Origin: a virus
Taxonomy: Duplodnaviria > Caudoviricetes
DNA length: 64,000 bases
Virus record (IMG/VR): IMGVR_UViG_3300025601_000007
Reading direction: 5' to 3' (one strand)
The translations under genes were made by a program, and so were the position numbers. Below the pieces are notes generated by a model. It made no database searches. It had not been told where the DNA came from and saw only the letters and a list, made by a program, of their open reading frames with translations. Positions 35,756 to 46,563 of this stretch are shown one piece after another (the first letter of the stretch is position 1; each line of letters starts with the position of its first letter).

Positions 35756-37864
35756 TTAAAAATCTAGCTCTAATTGGAAGGTTAAATACCTTGCCGAGCT
35801 TTTCTTAATAGGATAAGTAGGCTTCCCTACAGCCACAAGTAAGCCTTGGTCGTTAAGTATGCCTATTTCGGTTATATATGTGTTTGCGTCTTCTGCCCCA
35901 TCAAAACCTCCGTTATTAGAAGCGTTGAACTCGCTGTCTTTTGCTACAATTGTAAACACAGTTTTGTAGGTGGTAGACATTATTTTTGTTTTGATGTTTC
36001 CAAAGAAGAAATCTTCGTTTCCATATGTCATCCCAGTAAGATTTAAATAATCACTGTTGAATGTGAAACCGCTTGAAACCCCATATAAATTATTGCTGGG
36101 TCCAGCAATAAAATTTGGCTGAGTTGTCCCTGATTTTATGTCATCTAGAGAGACAATAAATTGCTGCCCCTGTAAGTATGTTGGGTCGATGGTTGTGTGT
36201 GTTGACTCACCAGAGTAAACTCCATTACCAAACGCTTTAATATCAGAGGCGCCAGACCACTTTCCTGGGTGCAACGCATCCAAGCCTTTGTCTTCATCTT
36301 TTCTAACTTCTTGAACTAAAATCTGAACTTTATTGGCACTCCACCCTGTTCCAGAGTATGTAGTGAACCCTGCTGTGTTCCTTAGGTAGGGGAATGCTTT
36401 AGTTGGAAATGAGCACGTTAAATACTGAGCATATCCGTTTTCGTCAGTAAAGCCTTCAACCTTACTTATATATCCACAATGCATAGCTTGCTTGTAACCG
36501 TAGGAATCTGTTGAGCTGTATGGAGTTTTAGATTGAGTAAAATATGTTACATAGTAGTAATGGTCGCTTCTCAATAGCCCTGACGTATTCATTACTGTAG
36601 AAGGAGACTTTGGTGCAGACTGACTTCCAACAATCAAAGGAGGGAGCGTGTGGTTACGGTCGGTCTTATAAGACATTGCCGTCAATAACTCAGGGTCTGT
36701 AACTACAATAAGTTTTAGCTTATTATAGATTCTTCCCACAATTAAAGCACTACTTGAAGTCCCATCCTTTAATAGGGTGAATGAGGTTTTCGCTGCTTGG
36801 TCAAAATACACATCGCTTCCTTCGTCTGTAAATCTCTGGCCACTCTCATAAGCTTGTCCTGGGTTAGCACTTTTTCGATGCCACATAATGCTGGGCATGT
36901 CAACCTGAGTTGTTCCTGGGACTAATTGTTCAGCATATGTATTTCCCGTGTACTTATTAGAGTAGTGAATAAACCCTACTTGTCTCAAGTCATCTTCGAA
37001 TCCAAAATATTGTTTTGTGCCACTATACTCTTTGGAGGCAAAAGTAGAATAACTATATCCTGTGTTGGCTCCTATAGCCATTTTTGTTTGACCAATCTCT
37101 CTTGACGTTCTTACAATATTTAAGTTCCAGACTGGACAATTTTCCGTTGCTCCAGAGCCATAGTATGTTTCTACGCCATTCCAAGGATATTCATACCAAG
37201 CAACGTTTCTTGTGCCTGAAGCAAATATAGGAACAGGCCTGTCTACTCGTATTGAATCAACAGAAGCATCTGCCGTTCTTATCCTATAAAATAAATCCAC
37301 AAACGGGGCAGTACTAATTAATTGCGGTTCTGAGCCTATAGGTGCAGAATACCTTAAAAGCAGGAGATTTCCGCCTCCTAGCATTACTTCGGTTGAGGAG
37401 CTCCACGTAGCTGGTCCACTAATTAACCCTGTTGTTGTTTGTCCGCTCCTGATGTATCTGCTTGGATGCAATATGTAATCATTAACAGTTGCTGAGTCAG
37501 CTGTTGTTGCAGACCAGAATCCGACTGAGCTAGTTTGAGCCGTAGCAATCTGTTTTGTCACGAACACTTTTGACGTTAAATCTAAAGCATTTGTTCCATC
37601 AAAGTTTAATGTCGGAAGGGCAGGTTGGTTATCGTGTGGTTCCATAACCCTGCTTTTGCAGATGTTAAACATCTCTGTGGCTGGAGGATTAAGGTTTGCA
37701 AAATAAGGTGTATCTGGATATCTTCTATTGAACTCGTAATTGATTTCTCTATCGGAAACCACTGCTTGACTAAAATTTAGCCTACCCAATGCCAATTCCT
37801 TTCGGCCCTTGTTGGTGAGCTTAACACTGATAAATGTGGTTGGTTCTTGTTGCAAAAAAGCCAT
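35756..37864 (-). CDS. Tail/baseplate structural protein, paralogue 1
   Basis: KLTNKGRKELALG..SDREINY; CPVWNLNIVRTSREIG; TYITEIGILN..LVAVGKPT.PIKK. Confidence 0.75.
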   Translation of the reverse strand: MAFLQQEPTTFISVKLTNKGRKELALGRLNFSQAVVSDREINYEFNRRYPDTPYFANLNPPATEMFNICKSRVMEPHDNQPALPTLNFDGTNALDLTSKVFVTKQIATAQTSSVGFWSATTADSATVNDYILHPSRYIRSGQTTTGLISGPATWSSSTEVMLGGGNLLLLRYSAPIGSEPQLISTAPFVDLFYRIRTADASVDSIRVDRPVPIFASGTRNVAWYEYPWNGVETYYGSGATENCPVWNLNIVRTSREIGQTKMAIGANTGYSYSTFASKEYSGTKQYFGFEDDLRQVGFIHYSNKYTGNTYAEQLVPGTTQVDMPSIMWHRKSANPGQAYESGQRFTDEGSDVYFDQAAKTSFTLLKDGTSSSALIVGRIYNKLKLIVVTDPELLTAMSYKTDRNHTLPPLIVGSQSAPKSPSTVMNTSGLLRSDHYYYVTYFTQSKTPYSSTDSYGYKQAMHCGYISKVEGFTDENGYAQYLTCSFPTKAFPYLRNTAGFTTYSGTGWSANKVQILVQEVRKDEDKGLDALHPGKWSGASDIKAFGNGVYSGESTHTTIDPTYLQGQQFIVSLDDIKSGTTQPNFIAGPSNNLYGVSSGFTFNSDYLNLTGMTYGNEDFFFGNIKTKIMSTTYKTVFTIVAKDSEFNASNNGGFDGAEDANTYITEIGILNDQGLLVAVGKPTYPIKKSSARYLTFQLELDF

Positions 37865-37879
37865 ATGGGAAAGTTTATC

Positions 37880-37887
37880 TTAAATAG
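37880..37887 (-). promoter_or_regulatory. Putative late-promoter motif CTATTTAA
   Basis: TTAAATAG upstream of 37864. Confidence 0.55.
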
Positions 37888-37894
37888 TCTTGGT

Positions 37895-40093
37895 TTAAAA
37901 TTCTAATTTCAATTGGAGCACTTTCCATTCTCCGCTACCTTTTCGAATAGGGCGCGTCGGTTTCCCGACAGCTACAAGTTCTCCATCAGAATTTAGTACT
38001 CCTATTTCTGTAATGTATGTGTTGTCATTTTTTTCTGCATCGAATGAAGAATTCTGTGAGCTGTTTAATTCTCCGCCCTCAACAACTAAAGTGATGTACG
38101 TATCATATCGCACTTTCTTTTTAGCAGTCTTAATATTTCCAAAGAAGTGATTTTCTGAACCCAAAGCTAATCCGTTATTTTTTTCATCATTGTAAAGATT
38201 AAAATAGTCATGCAACTCGTATATGTTTCTGGTTGAGCCACTTAAAAGGAGAGGCATTGTGTCGCCAGATGTTATATCGGCTTGCGAAACAATGAACTCA
38301 GCGTTGTAAAGCTGGGACGGCTCAATTAAGCTTGAGCTTGCATGTCCAAAAGAAAACACTCCTGCAGGGTCTTGGTTTTGCGCATTTTTGTTCAAGCTTG
38401 AACAACCAGACCACTTTCCAGGATGCAAGCTATCTGCACCTCCGTCCCTGTTTACAGGTACTTCTTGAACTAATATTTGAACTTTACTAGCTCCCCAGCC
38501 TGTTCCTGAGAATGATTCAAACGTTTGACTGTTTCTCATGTACGGAAGCTGGCCCTGAGGAAAAGTTCCTTTAAGGTGTTTGTGGTATCCATTTTCGTCC
38601 GTGTGACCGCTTAGTTTTTGAACATAACCACAGTGCATGTAATAGTGATGCCCAAAATTTCTACCTTCAAGATAAGCGTTTGAGCTCAGTTCTCCCAATT
38701 CACCTGGGCTCATGTAATAGGTCATGTAGTAGTTATGATTACTTTTCATAAACCCAGGCTTCTTGCCAGTGTCGAACTGAGGCTTAGGGCTTGACACAGA
38801 AGAGAAATTCATTGGCGGAAGTGTCCAGTTTCTATTTGACTTATATGACAACGCCGTCAATAGTTCTGGGTCTGTTAAAACAATCGTTTTAAGGTCGTAG
38901 TAAACTCGACCAACTGTTAATGGACTTCCTGTAACAGCGTCACGAAGGAGTGTATATGATGTTCCCGCTTTTTTATCTTGATAGATAGTACTTCCGTAAT
39001 CTGTAAATCTATGGCCAGAGCTTATAGCTGTTCCACTTATGAAAAGATTCCCGCTTTCATCTGTGGCTCTGTGCCAAAGTAAATCAGGGATGTCTACCTC
39101 AGTGGCGCCTGGAATTATGGAATCCCAGTAGGTTTGACCTGATGATTCATTGGAGTAATGCAAGAAGCCTACTTGTCTTTGATTTTCATCAAAGTCAAAC
39201 ATTTCTTTTGCCCCTGCGTATGGAACAGAGCCGTAGTTGGTGTAGCTATGGCCTATGTTCCCTCCTACAGCTTTTCTTTTGTGTCCAATTTCCCTTGATG
39301 TTCTTACGATGTTTAAATTCCAAACAGGGCAATTTACTGTTACGGCGGAGCCATAGTAGTTATCTACGGCGTCAAATTCATAGACAAAATATGGTAGAGG
39401 CTTGTCTTGCCCAGACTGAGCAGCAATAAAAGGAGGGTTTCGGTCTAAAGTTCTCCTGCCTGAAGAAATTTCATTTGTTACGCGATACCATTTAGAAATC
39501 ATTGCCACGTCGTTATAGCGAGCATTTGACATCCCTAAGAACCCATTAGCGGTGTTAATAGACGTGGTAGTGCGTAAATACAACAGCTGACCCAATTTTG
39601 GCAATACTCCAGCTAGAAGGTTGGAGGTACCAAAAACGAAGTCAATAGCTCCTTCTTGTATGCTTGTGCTGTTTGAGCCTGAGTAAACCCAGTTATTTTT
39701 TAGCAGGTATCGCCCAATCTTGTGTTTGTTACCATTCGTTAATGCGCTCCAAAATCCTACAGAATCCGTTTGAGCAGTTGTTGTCTCGTTTTTTACGTGC
39801 ACTCTTGAGTTTAGCGAGTAAGGTTGAGAGCCGTCATAATTTATTGGACTTAGAGCAGGGTGGTCATCTTTTGGTGAAAAAATGCTGTTTCCACTTAAAG
39901 CTAGTTCGGTGCCGCTATTTGGGTTTAGATTCCAAAGCGTATCATACCTACGGTCAAAAGAGTAGTTTGTTTCTCTATCCGATAACACGGCTTGGTCGAA
40001 AGTCAAGTTACCTTGAGCCAGTCGTCTTCGTCCTGTGTCGGTTAGTTTTATGTTTATGTACGTGTTGTCGTCCTGAGTGAGAAATGACATCAA
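37895..40093 (-). CDS. Tail/baseplate structural protein, paralogue 2 (likely ATG at 40090)
   Basis: KLTDTGRRRLAQG..SDRETNY; CPVWNLNIVRTSREIG; LHPGKWSG; TYITEIGVLN..LVAVGKPT. Confidence 0.75.
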   Translation of the reverse strand: MMSFLTQDDNTYINIKLTDTGRRRLAQGNLTFDQAVLSDRETNYSFDRRYDTLWNLNPNSGTELALSGNSIFSPKDDHPALSPINYDGSQPYSLNSRVHVKNETTTAQTDSVGFWSALTNGNKHKIGRYLLKNNWVYSGSNSTSIQEGAIDFVFGTSNLLAGVLPKLGQLLYLRTTTSINTANGFLGMSNARYNDVAMISKWYRVTNEISSGRRTLDRNPPFIAAQSGQDKPLPYFVYEFDAVDNYYGSAVTVNCPVWNLNIVRTSREIGHKRKAVGGNIGHSYTNYGSVPYAGAKEMFDFDENQRQVGFLHYSNESSGQTYWDSIIPGATEVDIPDLLWHRATDESGNLFISGTAISSGHRFTDYGSTIYQDKKAGTSYTLLRDAVTGSPLTVGRVYYDLKTIVLTDPELLTALSYKSNRNWTLPPMNFSSVSSPKPQFDTGKKPGFMKSNHNYYMTYYMSPGELGELSSNAYLEGRNFGHHYYMHCGYVQKLSGHTDENGYHKHLKGTFPQGQLPYMRNSQTFESFSGTGWGASKVQILVQEVPVNRDGGADSLHPGKWSGCSSLNKNAQNQDPAGVFSFGHASSSLIEPSQLYNAEFIVSQADITSGDTMPLLLSGSTRNIYELHDYFNLYNDEKNNGLALGSENHFFGNIKTAKKKVRYDTYITLVVEGGELNSSQNSSFDAEKNDNTYITEIGVLNSDGELVAVGKPTRPIRKGSGEWKVLQLKLEF

Positions 40094-40105
40094 ATTGTTT
40101 TACTG

Positions 40106-40188
40106 ATAAATAATCATCCAAAAAATAACACAGAGTGTTTCTAAAGTAAATGCACATTGAGGTTAGAATCTTTTTGATTAATATTTAT
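40106..40188. promoter_or_regulatory. Back-to-back late-type motifs (TTATTTAT minus at 40106-40113; ATATTTAT plus at 40181-40188)
   Basis: Each motif lies just upstream of a divergently oriented structural gene. Confidence 0.6.
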
Positions 40189-40202
40189 TGAAAAGACATT
40201 CA

Positions 40203-42620
40203 ATGCCTATTTTCGAACCAAACACAGCAGATACGATTTCTGTAAACTTCCGCCCAGGACAGGATTTCAGGGATTTCCCTACACAATCCCAGTCAGTGTT
40301 CACGTTTGGCGACTACAGAGTCACGAGAAATCCAAGCACAGACATTGTTAATGGGGATACTCAAGGACTCCGATTTGATGGGTATGAGTCTCTTTCTAGT
40401 CTTAATGTTTCTGGGTTTTCTAGAAACAATTCTGTATTTGTGTCATCTCGTGAACTTAATTTAAAAAAGAAAGACCCGTCTAACTACGCGTATTTTCAAA
40501 CTCTTAAGTTAGACATCGCCACATCTTTGGATAATTCGATTACAGCGTGGCCATATGCTGTGGCATCTATCCAAAAAGAATCTGCTGGAGTAACGGCATA
40601 TGAGTACACAGCTGTTACCACGGGTACCACAGCCTCTTATTGCAAGTTTAAGGTGCCATACTCTGCTTTAACTAACCAAGGCGGTGTAATTCTTAACTCA
40701 GGCTCTACAATTACAGGAAGAAGCCTTTTAATGGATACACAGGACTATGTTATTCAGCTTAGCGGTGTAACGTTATACGATAATCCTTTACATGTAATAT
40801 CCGCATACACATTTTCAGCTGGAACATACTTAGAATTTACTTTAGAAACGCTTTTATTTACTGGGTCAACAGACACAGAACAAACAGCTGCTATATGGAT
40901 TCGCCCAACTGATAGAATTCTAAAGAGCTTTTATAAAGACAGGACTCCTCTGGAGAATCACATATTAACAAGCGGAGCATGGAGGCATCAAAACCCGCAG
41001 TTCGATGACGGAAACTACATCACAACCACATACACATGGCCTAAAAATATTGATGGCTTCAACATTGACATAAACACAGCGGGGTACGTAACTTACCAGG
41101 ACAACCTTCTCACCTTAGCTGAATTGCTAGATTGTGAGAAAACCGATATTATGATGCGAACTATGATTCCAGAAAATTACTTGGACTTAGATTCTGCCGA
41201 CTCTCTTTACAGAAGAACAATCCAAACCTACGCTCACCAGTTTGACGAAATAAAACGTTACATCGATGGAATATCTTATGCTCACACAGTTGAATATGAT
41301 GGGGAGTGTAGTGTTCCAGACAAGTTTATGTTTAAATTAGCTGAACTTCTTGGATGGAAGTTAACCAGCGGTTTTAACGAACTAGACCTTTTGGAGTACC
41401 TCGCTACAAGCGTCGGGTCCACAGGGAGCCCTAAGAAAGAGTACGACCTTCAGCTTTGGAGGAGAATGATGGTGAATCTAACTTGGTTGTTTAAACGAAA
41501 AGGAACACGAGATGCTATGCAGTTTATTTTTAAACTAATTGGTGCACCAGACTGTATGATTCGAATTGAAGAGTTTGTATACGACATCAATAAAGCAATT
41601 ATTACAGGCTCCACGGGAACTATTTTAGAGCTGCAACTGAATAATAAAATTAACGAGCACGGTTACATCAATTATGATGATTCCAATTTTGCTTTTCAAG
41701 AAGGCGGCATGGGTCGTGGAAATGGAGATAAATACATAAATCAGTGGAGAACTGAGTTTGACCCCATTGCTAGAATTGATAACATTAAAATCCAAACAGG
41801 GGCAACAATAAATTGGGGTTCTGAAAACATAATGAATTCCAAGGAGTTGATTGTAGGAATCGACCCCGCTCAAGCTATTGAGTGTGATTTGCATGAATAT
41901 TACCAACTAAGCGGAACGTGTTGGGTGTGGGGCTCTGGAGACCCATTTCAGTTTTCCAACTTAAATGTTCCATTTGAATGGACTATTGAGGATTGCAGTA
42001 AAGTAAACCCTGGAAACATAACGGGAATGACGCTCGCGCAATGGACTGATTTTATTTATAAATCAAATGTAGACCCCGTCAACAGGAAGACGTCTAATGC
42101 GCACAATGGTGGATACCACTACCATAAATTGCGAGAAATATATATGCATTACTATAAGATGACAACCCCTGACCCAAATCAAATTGGATTTGGGAAATTA
42201 GAAAAGTTTCTAGAGCTAATAGAGGTCCAGTTTTACTGTGCGGCGGAACAATTGATTCCCGCAACTTCTATTCTAGAGGCTTTTGGTACGATTTATAGAA
42301 ATACAGTATTTAATAGACAGAAATTTGTTTATCCTGTTGGCATAAATGCTGGTTCTGAATTTCAGATAGCAGTGCCTTTGTCTCCTGATAATCAACTTTA
42401 TCCTATTCGAGTTACTAATACTGTTAACGACATTATAACAATGTCAGGAACTCCCTGGGCCTTAACGTCGCAGGTTGTAGCAGAGATAAAGCTGGATTTA
42501 TGTCCAGTCACATTAAACATTGGAGCAAACGTTGATTTAGTCCAGTCTCAAATTGATACATTTGAAATTGAAGTTGAAGTTGATGATTTTGTTGAAGATA
42601 TAGAAATAATTGATGGCTAA
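40203..42620 (+). CDS. Baseplate/tail protein (P2 gpI-like region); probable start ATG 40203
   Basis: VPDKFMFKLAELLGW..LWRRMMVNLTWLFKRKGTRDAMQFIFKLIG; the TTG in the ORF track lies within the promoter motif. Confidence 0.7.
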   Translation: MPIFEPNTADTISVNFRPGQDFRDFPTQSQSVFTFGDYRVTRNPSTDIVNGDTQGLRFDGYESLSSLNVSGFSRNNSVFVSSRELNLKKKDPSNYAYFQTLKLDIATSLDNSITAWPYAVASIQKESAGVTAYEYTAVTTGTTASYCKFKVPYSALTNQGGVILNSGSTITGRSLLMDTQDYVIQLSGVTLYDNPLHVISAYTFSAGTYLEFTLETLLFTGSTDTEQTAAIWIRPTDRILKSFYKDRTPLENHILTSGAWRHQNPQFDDGNYITTTYTWPKNIDGFNIDINTAGYVTYQDNLLTLAELLDCEKTDIMMRTMIPENYLDLDSADSLYRRTIQTYAHQFDEIKRYIDGISYAHTVEYDGECSVPDKFMFKLAELLGWKLTSGFNELDLLEYLATSVGSTGSPKKEYDLQLWRRMMVNLTWLFKRKGTRDAMQFIFKLIGAPDCMIRIEEFVYDINKAIITGSTGTILELQLNNKINEHGYINYDDSNFAFQEGGMGRGNGDKYINQWRTEFDPIARIDNIKIQTGATINWGSENIMNSKELIVGIDPAQAIECDLHEYYQLSGTCWVWGSGDPFQFSNLNVPFEWTIEDCSKVNPGNITGMTLAQWTDFIYKSNVDPVNRKTSNAHNGGYHYHKLREIYMHYYKMTTPDPNQIGFGKLEKFLELIEVQFYCAAEQLIPATSILEAFGTIYRNTVFNRQKFVYPVGINAGSEFQIAVPLSPDNQLYPIRVTNTVNDIITMSGTPWALTSQVVAEIKLDLCPVTLNIGANVDLVQSQIDTFEIEVEVDDFVEDIEIIDG

Positions 42621-43860
42621 GAAAAACGATACAAATATTGCTAGAATAAGGAATGGTGTAATTCAAAAAACCAAAACCTCAAAAACCTCTGGTACTAAAT
42701 CTACTAAGGGTCAATCTTTCTATGCCAATACTCACTTAAACCATAAAGCATCAGTCAGTGATGTGTTTGAGTTCGATGCGCCTGTTTACAGCGCAATTAC
42801 AGCAGGAACTCTTCTTTTTGCAGGTCAGACCAATAAGTCAATTTTTGAACTCTACGGCAGGCCTCAAATAAAGTTTGCATTTTCAGCAAACAATGCTGTA
42901 TTTTTGTCAGAGAACTACTTAGGAATGAGTCATGATATATACAAAGTTCCTTATACGGAAATTCTAAAGTATAGAGAGGTTCCAAGTCAGGAAAATTACG
43001 ATATTGTAAAAGGAAGAATAGCTCAGCCTTTTATTTCATTTTCAGCATCAACAGCTATAACTACCACACTTACTAGCGAAGCCGTTCCATATGTGTTTTC
43101 GCCCGAACAAATAGATAAACCACTTAAAGGCAGGTCTGAAGAGATATTTGAGGACAAAGCAATGTATTTTTTCAATACTCGTCACGCTTTCAGAGAAGTC
43201 TTGAATACATATAAAAATGTAATTGGGATGAACGAAAAAAGCTTAAATTACAATCGGCTTCCGTCTTTCAAAACATTTGGTGATGAAAATATTATTGAAT
43301 CTGGTTCTTGGAGCGGATTAACAGCTAAAGGGCTTTTCTTCACTTGTTTTTACCCGCCCTCTGTTCCTAAAGTGGAAAGCCCTAGACCTGAAAGCTATTC
43401 AGCAGAAACATTTACTCCAGAATTCTTTTTCTCTAATGTGTCTGATGGGGATGAGTACTTGATAGAAATTACTTATCAAGCAGTTAATAGTGGGTTTACT
43501 ATATCTAGCGCCACTTCTAAGTATTTCTACTCCAAAGCGGAAACAAACAATAGCACAAGACGTGTAGCAAACGTTGAGAAAACATCGTTCATCTCAGAGA
43601 CAACAAGAAGAGCTTCTGTTCCTTTGGTTCCAGGTTCAACATATTATTATCGGTTAGGAAATGTGAAATATGTTGTAAATCTGTTTGGAGTTAAACAGTC
43701 TATTATTTCATACACAGAGGCAACTCAGAGTCAAGTGTACTCTGGCCAGACAATTGGTTATATTGTGGATTCTCCAGCTGACTCTTCTGCGCCAAGCGAA
43801 GGTACAGGGGGTTCTGGGACTCAGACTACAGAATACGAAGGCTTGCCTCCTCAGAGGTGA
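42610..43860 (+). CDS. Structural protein with FN3/Ig-like C-terminal features
   Basis: 416 aa; LVPGSTYYYRLG motif. Confidence 0.6.
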   Translation: MMAKKNDTNIARIRNGVIQKTKTSKTSGTKSTKGQSFYANTHLNHKASVSDVFEFDAPVYSAITAGTLLFAGQTNKSIFELYGRPQIKFAFSANNAVFLSENYLGMSHDIYKVPYTEILKYREVPSQENYDIVKGRIAQPFISFSASTAITTTLTSEAVPYVFSPEQIDKPLKGRSEEIFEDKAMYFFNTRHAFREVLNTYKNVIGMNEKSLNYNRLPSFKTFGDENIIESGSWSGLTAKGLFFTCFYPPSVPKVESPRPESYSAETFTPEFFFSNVSDGDEYLIEITYQAVNSGFTISSATSKYFYSKAETNNSTRRVANVEKTSFISETTRRASVPLVPGSTYYYRLGNVKYVVNLFGVKQSIISYTEATQSQVYSGQTIGYIVDSPADSSAPSEGTGGSGTQTTEYEGLPPQR

Positions 43861-44733
43861 TTAGGAGTTTTGAACGTCGTCAAACGTTTGATTGAAGTCG
43901 ATATTTCTGACTTCTCTCTTAATGTCAATCTCGCCAGTTCCAAACTGATTCTTCTTAGTGAGAAGACTGTATTGTCTCCAAAGATTCCCTTGTTCATCAA
44001 AGTAAGATAGTCGCCCAGTAAGATTGTCTCGGATAGAGTTCCCTGTGAGAACTCTGCCAAGGGTTTTAAGATTTTGGTCCACCATTTCGACTTCAATCAT
44101 AACTGGGTCAAAGAAAGTGTTAGAGATTAAAATCGACTGACCAGCACTTCCAAGGCTTGGTTGTTGAGCATTGGATATTAAAGTGTTTTCGTCTGGCGTG
44201 ACCGTCAAGAATAAACTTGTTCCATTCTGGTCTAACACATAAGATGTAGAGCTTGAGTTTGAGCTGGATGAATTCACAGATACATTTACCAAGTCGCTGG
44301 AAGTAACAATGCGGTGAAAGTTTTTTATTTTTATTCCGTTCTCGTCAATATACTCAAGGCGGTACCCAATTAAGCTTCCTGTGTCTTGAAAGTTTAATTT
44401 TGGAATAATTATTCCTTTTTTAGACATTTGTATTTCAGTGTCTGTATTGGTCACAACGATTGAACAATCAATTATTTGAGTTTGAAATGTCTTTGGTTTG
44501 ATGATTACTGTATAAAAACCAAGCTTATTAAAAATAGTAGCGGGGAGGCGAAGTTTATATGACCCGTCTGCGCCAATCATTTTTCGGAACTCGCTTTCTG
44601 TAATAGAACCAAAAAGAGGTTTAAATTGTAAATCTCCTACGACTTCATGAGAAGGCGTGAATGCATACAAGATGTCCACGTCATTAAAATCGACTGATGC
44701 AAGTGTTTTTGTTCCGTAAAGTCCTGTTGCCAT
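43861..44733 (-). CDS. Hypothetical structural protein
   Basis: 290 aa, late motif at 44748. Confidence 0.7.
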   Translation of the reverse strand: MATGLYGTKTLASVDFNDVDILYAFTPSHEVVGDLQFKPLFGSITESEFRKMIGADGSYKLRLPATIFNKLGFYTVIIKPKTFQTQIIDCSIVVTNTDTEIQMSKKGIIIPKLNFQDTGSLIGYRLEYIDENGIKIKNFHRIVTSSDLVNVSVNSSSSNSSSTSYVLDQNGTSLFLTVTPDENTLISNAQQPSLGSAGQSILISNTFFDPVMIEVEMVDQNLKTLGRVLTGNSIRDNLTGRLSYFDEQGNLWRQYSLLTKKNQFGTGEIDIKREVRNIDFNQTFDDVQNS

Positions 44734-44747
44734 GATTCTTATTTTCT

Positions 44748-44755
44748 ATAAATAG
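44748..44755 (-). promoter_or_regulatory. Putative late-promoter motif CTATTTAT
   Basis: ATAAATAG upstream of 44733. Confidence 0.6.
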
Positions 44756-44808
44756 TGACGCTGAATTATCTTTCTATGTCTACGTCGAATTTGGTGGATA
44801 AAATATTT

Positions 44809-46563
44809 TTACCCGTCTGTTCCATCGTCAATTGGAGATGCGATTTCAAACGGGATTCCTGTCCATAGTGGAGACATGTAACTTGTATTTGCTCCTCCAC
44901 ACACGGGGTTGAAATCATTGAATTTTATAAATTCAAATCCTCCATAATCAGTTTCAGACTCTGTGTCATCTAATAATATAGCTCCAAGCACTCTAATATT
45001 GTATACATTTTCTTCTCCACTGAATTCATTTGTGCATAAGCTGCCGTTGTATCTGGTTAAAACTGATACGTAATATCCAGCTAGATAGTCTTTGTTGACT
45101 TGGGATTCAAAAACATTGCCGTAATTAGTGAATTCGAAAGTCCCTATCTCGACTTCCCCGCCGCTCCCGTTTTTAAGAACGAAGCCATGTGAGTACATAT
45201 TGTCTCCGTCTGGGTTTGTATATCCTTCATTGTTGTATTTAATGTTGATGCTGTATAAGGATTGAGCGTAAAGCCTCTCGATGGCCTCTGTTCCTGTTTG
45301 AGGAATGATTTCACCAGCCTCAATTAGCTGAGAGTTTGATGGCAGCGAAATTTCAAAATCTACGCCACTTACTGGGACTTCAAAAGTTCCTCCTGGCTGC
45401 ACTAAGGTATTATCCCATAAAATATCAAATTCTCCGTTATTTGTTATCTTTAAAGAAATGTCATCTAACCCACCGTTGAATGATGGCCCAAACCTGTATG
45501 TGGGGAAATTATCATAATTGGCTTCTGCAAAACCATTTTCTTCATTGCTAACATTTTCTAAGTACACATTTCCGTATTTCAGAGCCCATCCATTCTGTGT
45601 CTCGTTTAAGTCTTGTGGGATTTCGCTAGAAACTGGGCTTCTTAACTGGAGCTGGCCGCCTATTGTTGGTCCTTTTTGTCTATAAAAGTCTCCAAAATTT
45701 ATCGTTGTCCATCTTCTGTTTATAGAGAGCGAATTGTTTTCCACATACATTAGTGCGTTTTTATAAGCTCCTTGATTTGTATCTAACTCCACTTTTATAG
45801 TGTTTTCTATTGTGACAACTATGACTGGAGAAGTGTTTAAAACAGAGTTTGCTATATTTTCAATAAGCACATCTTTTGTCTGTTCTCCAATCTCAAATTG
45901 AACAGGTATGGATGTTATTAAGCCTGCAAATCTCCCATCAAAATTAGGTGTACTAAGTCGATAGAGTTTTACGCTTAAACGTTCGACTCCGCCCTCAGAC
46001 TGATTGTTTAAGCCAAGTTTTAATGTAACGGGGCTGTCTGTATCATAGAAGTAGCTCAGATATTGAGTTATTCCATTTGACAAGAGAGAGCTGTCTTCTG
46101 TCTCTAAGAAAGAAACTTTGTTAAATATTGTTTCATCCTCAATGACAACTGTTATTGTAGAGTTTGATTCTTTTGGTAAACAATTTATTGCTCCAACCAA
46201 AGCTAAACTGAAATCTTCGTCTCTTCCGACTTCTAGCTCAAAATCTTTTTTAAGCTCCACAAACACAGTTTTGATTTGCTCTCCCTCTGCCCAATTTAAA
46301 ACAATTGGCAAGTTTATCCCTACGTCTTCAAGTCCAGCTGCGCCAGGAATAAATACCACACTGACGCTTTCTCTCCCTTTTTCAGAAGAAGCAAGTAGTG
46401 ATACATCTATCCTAATGGAGGTGTTCTCTGGAGCTCGTCTAAATGTTTCTGTAAAAAACACAGTCGGAACCTTTGTCTCTGAATAGAGAAAATTCTCATT
46501 TAACTCCAGGTTTGTATCTACGAAACACTGTAGTATTGTTGATATCTTATTTGACTCCTCCAT
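44809..46563 (-). CDS. Structural protein with Calx-beta-like repeats
   Basis: LNWAEGEQIKTV.V.L..D.ELE...EDFSLAL and VQFEIGEQTKDV. Confidence 0.65.
   Translation of the reverse strand: MEESNKISTILQCFVDTNLELNENFLYSETKVPTVFFTETFRRAPENTSIRIDVSLLASSEKGRESVSVVFIPGAAGLEDVGINLPIVLNWAEGEQIKTVFVELKKDFELEVGRDEDFSLALVGAINCLPKESNSTITVVIEDETIFNKVSFLETEDSSLLSNGITQYLSYFYDTDSPVTLKLGLNNQSEGGVERLSVKLYRLSTPNFDGRFAGLITSIPVQFEIGEQTKDVLIENIANSVLNTSPVIVVTIENTIKVELDTNQGAYKNALMYVENNSLSINRRWTTINFGDFYRQKGPTIGGQLQLRSPVSSEIPQDLNETQNGWALKYGNVYLENVSNEENGFAEANYDNFPTYRFGPSFNGGLDDISLKITNNGEFDILWDNTLVQPGGTFEVPVSGVDFEISLPSNSQLIEAGEIIPQTGTEAIERLYAQSLYSINIKYNNEGYTNPDGDNMYSHGFVLKNGSGGEVEIGTFEFTNYGNVFESQVNKDYLAGYYVSVLTRYNGSLCTNEFSGEENVYNIRVLGAILLDDTESETDYGGFEFIKFNDFNPVCGGANTSYMSPLWTGIPFEIASPIDDGTDG

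Noticed and set aside
35756-40093. DGR template/variable repeat pair
   Set aside because: Similarity extends across both genes and differences are not adenine-specific; no reverse transcriptase in the window
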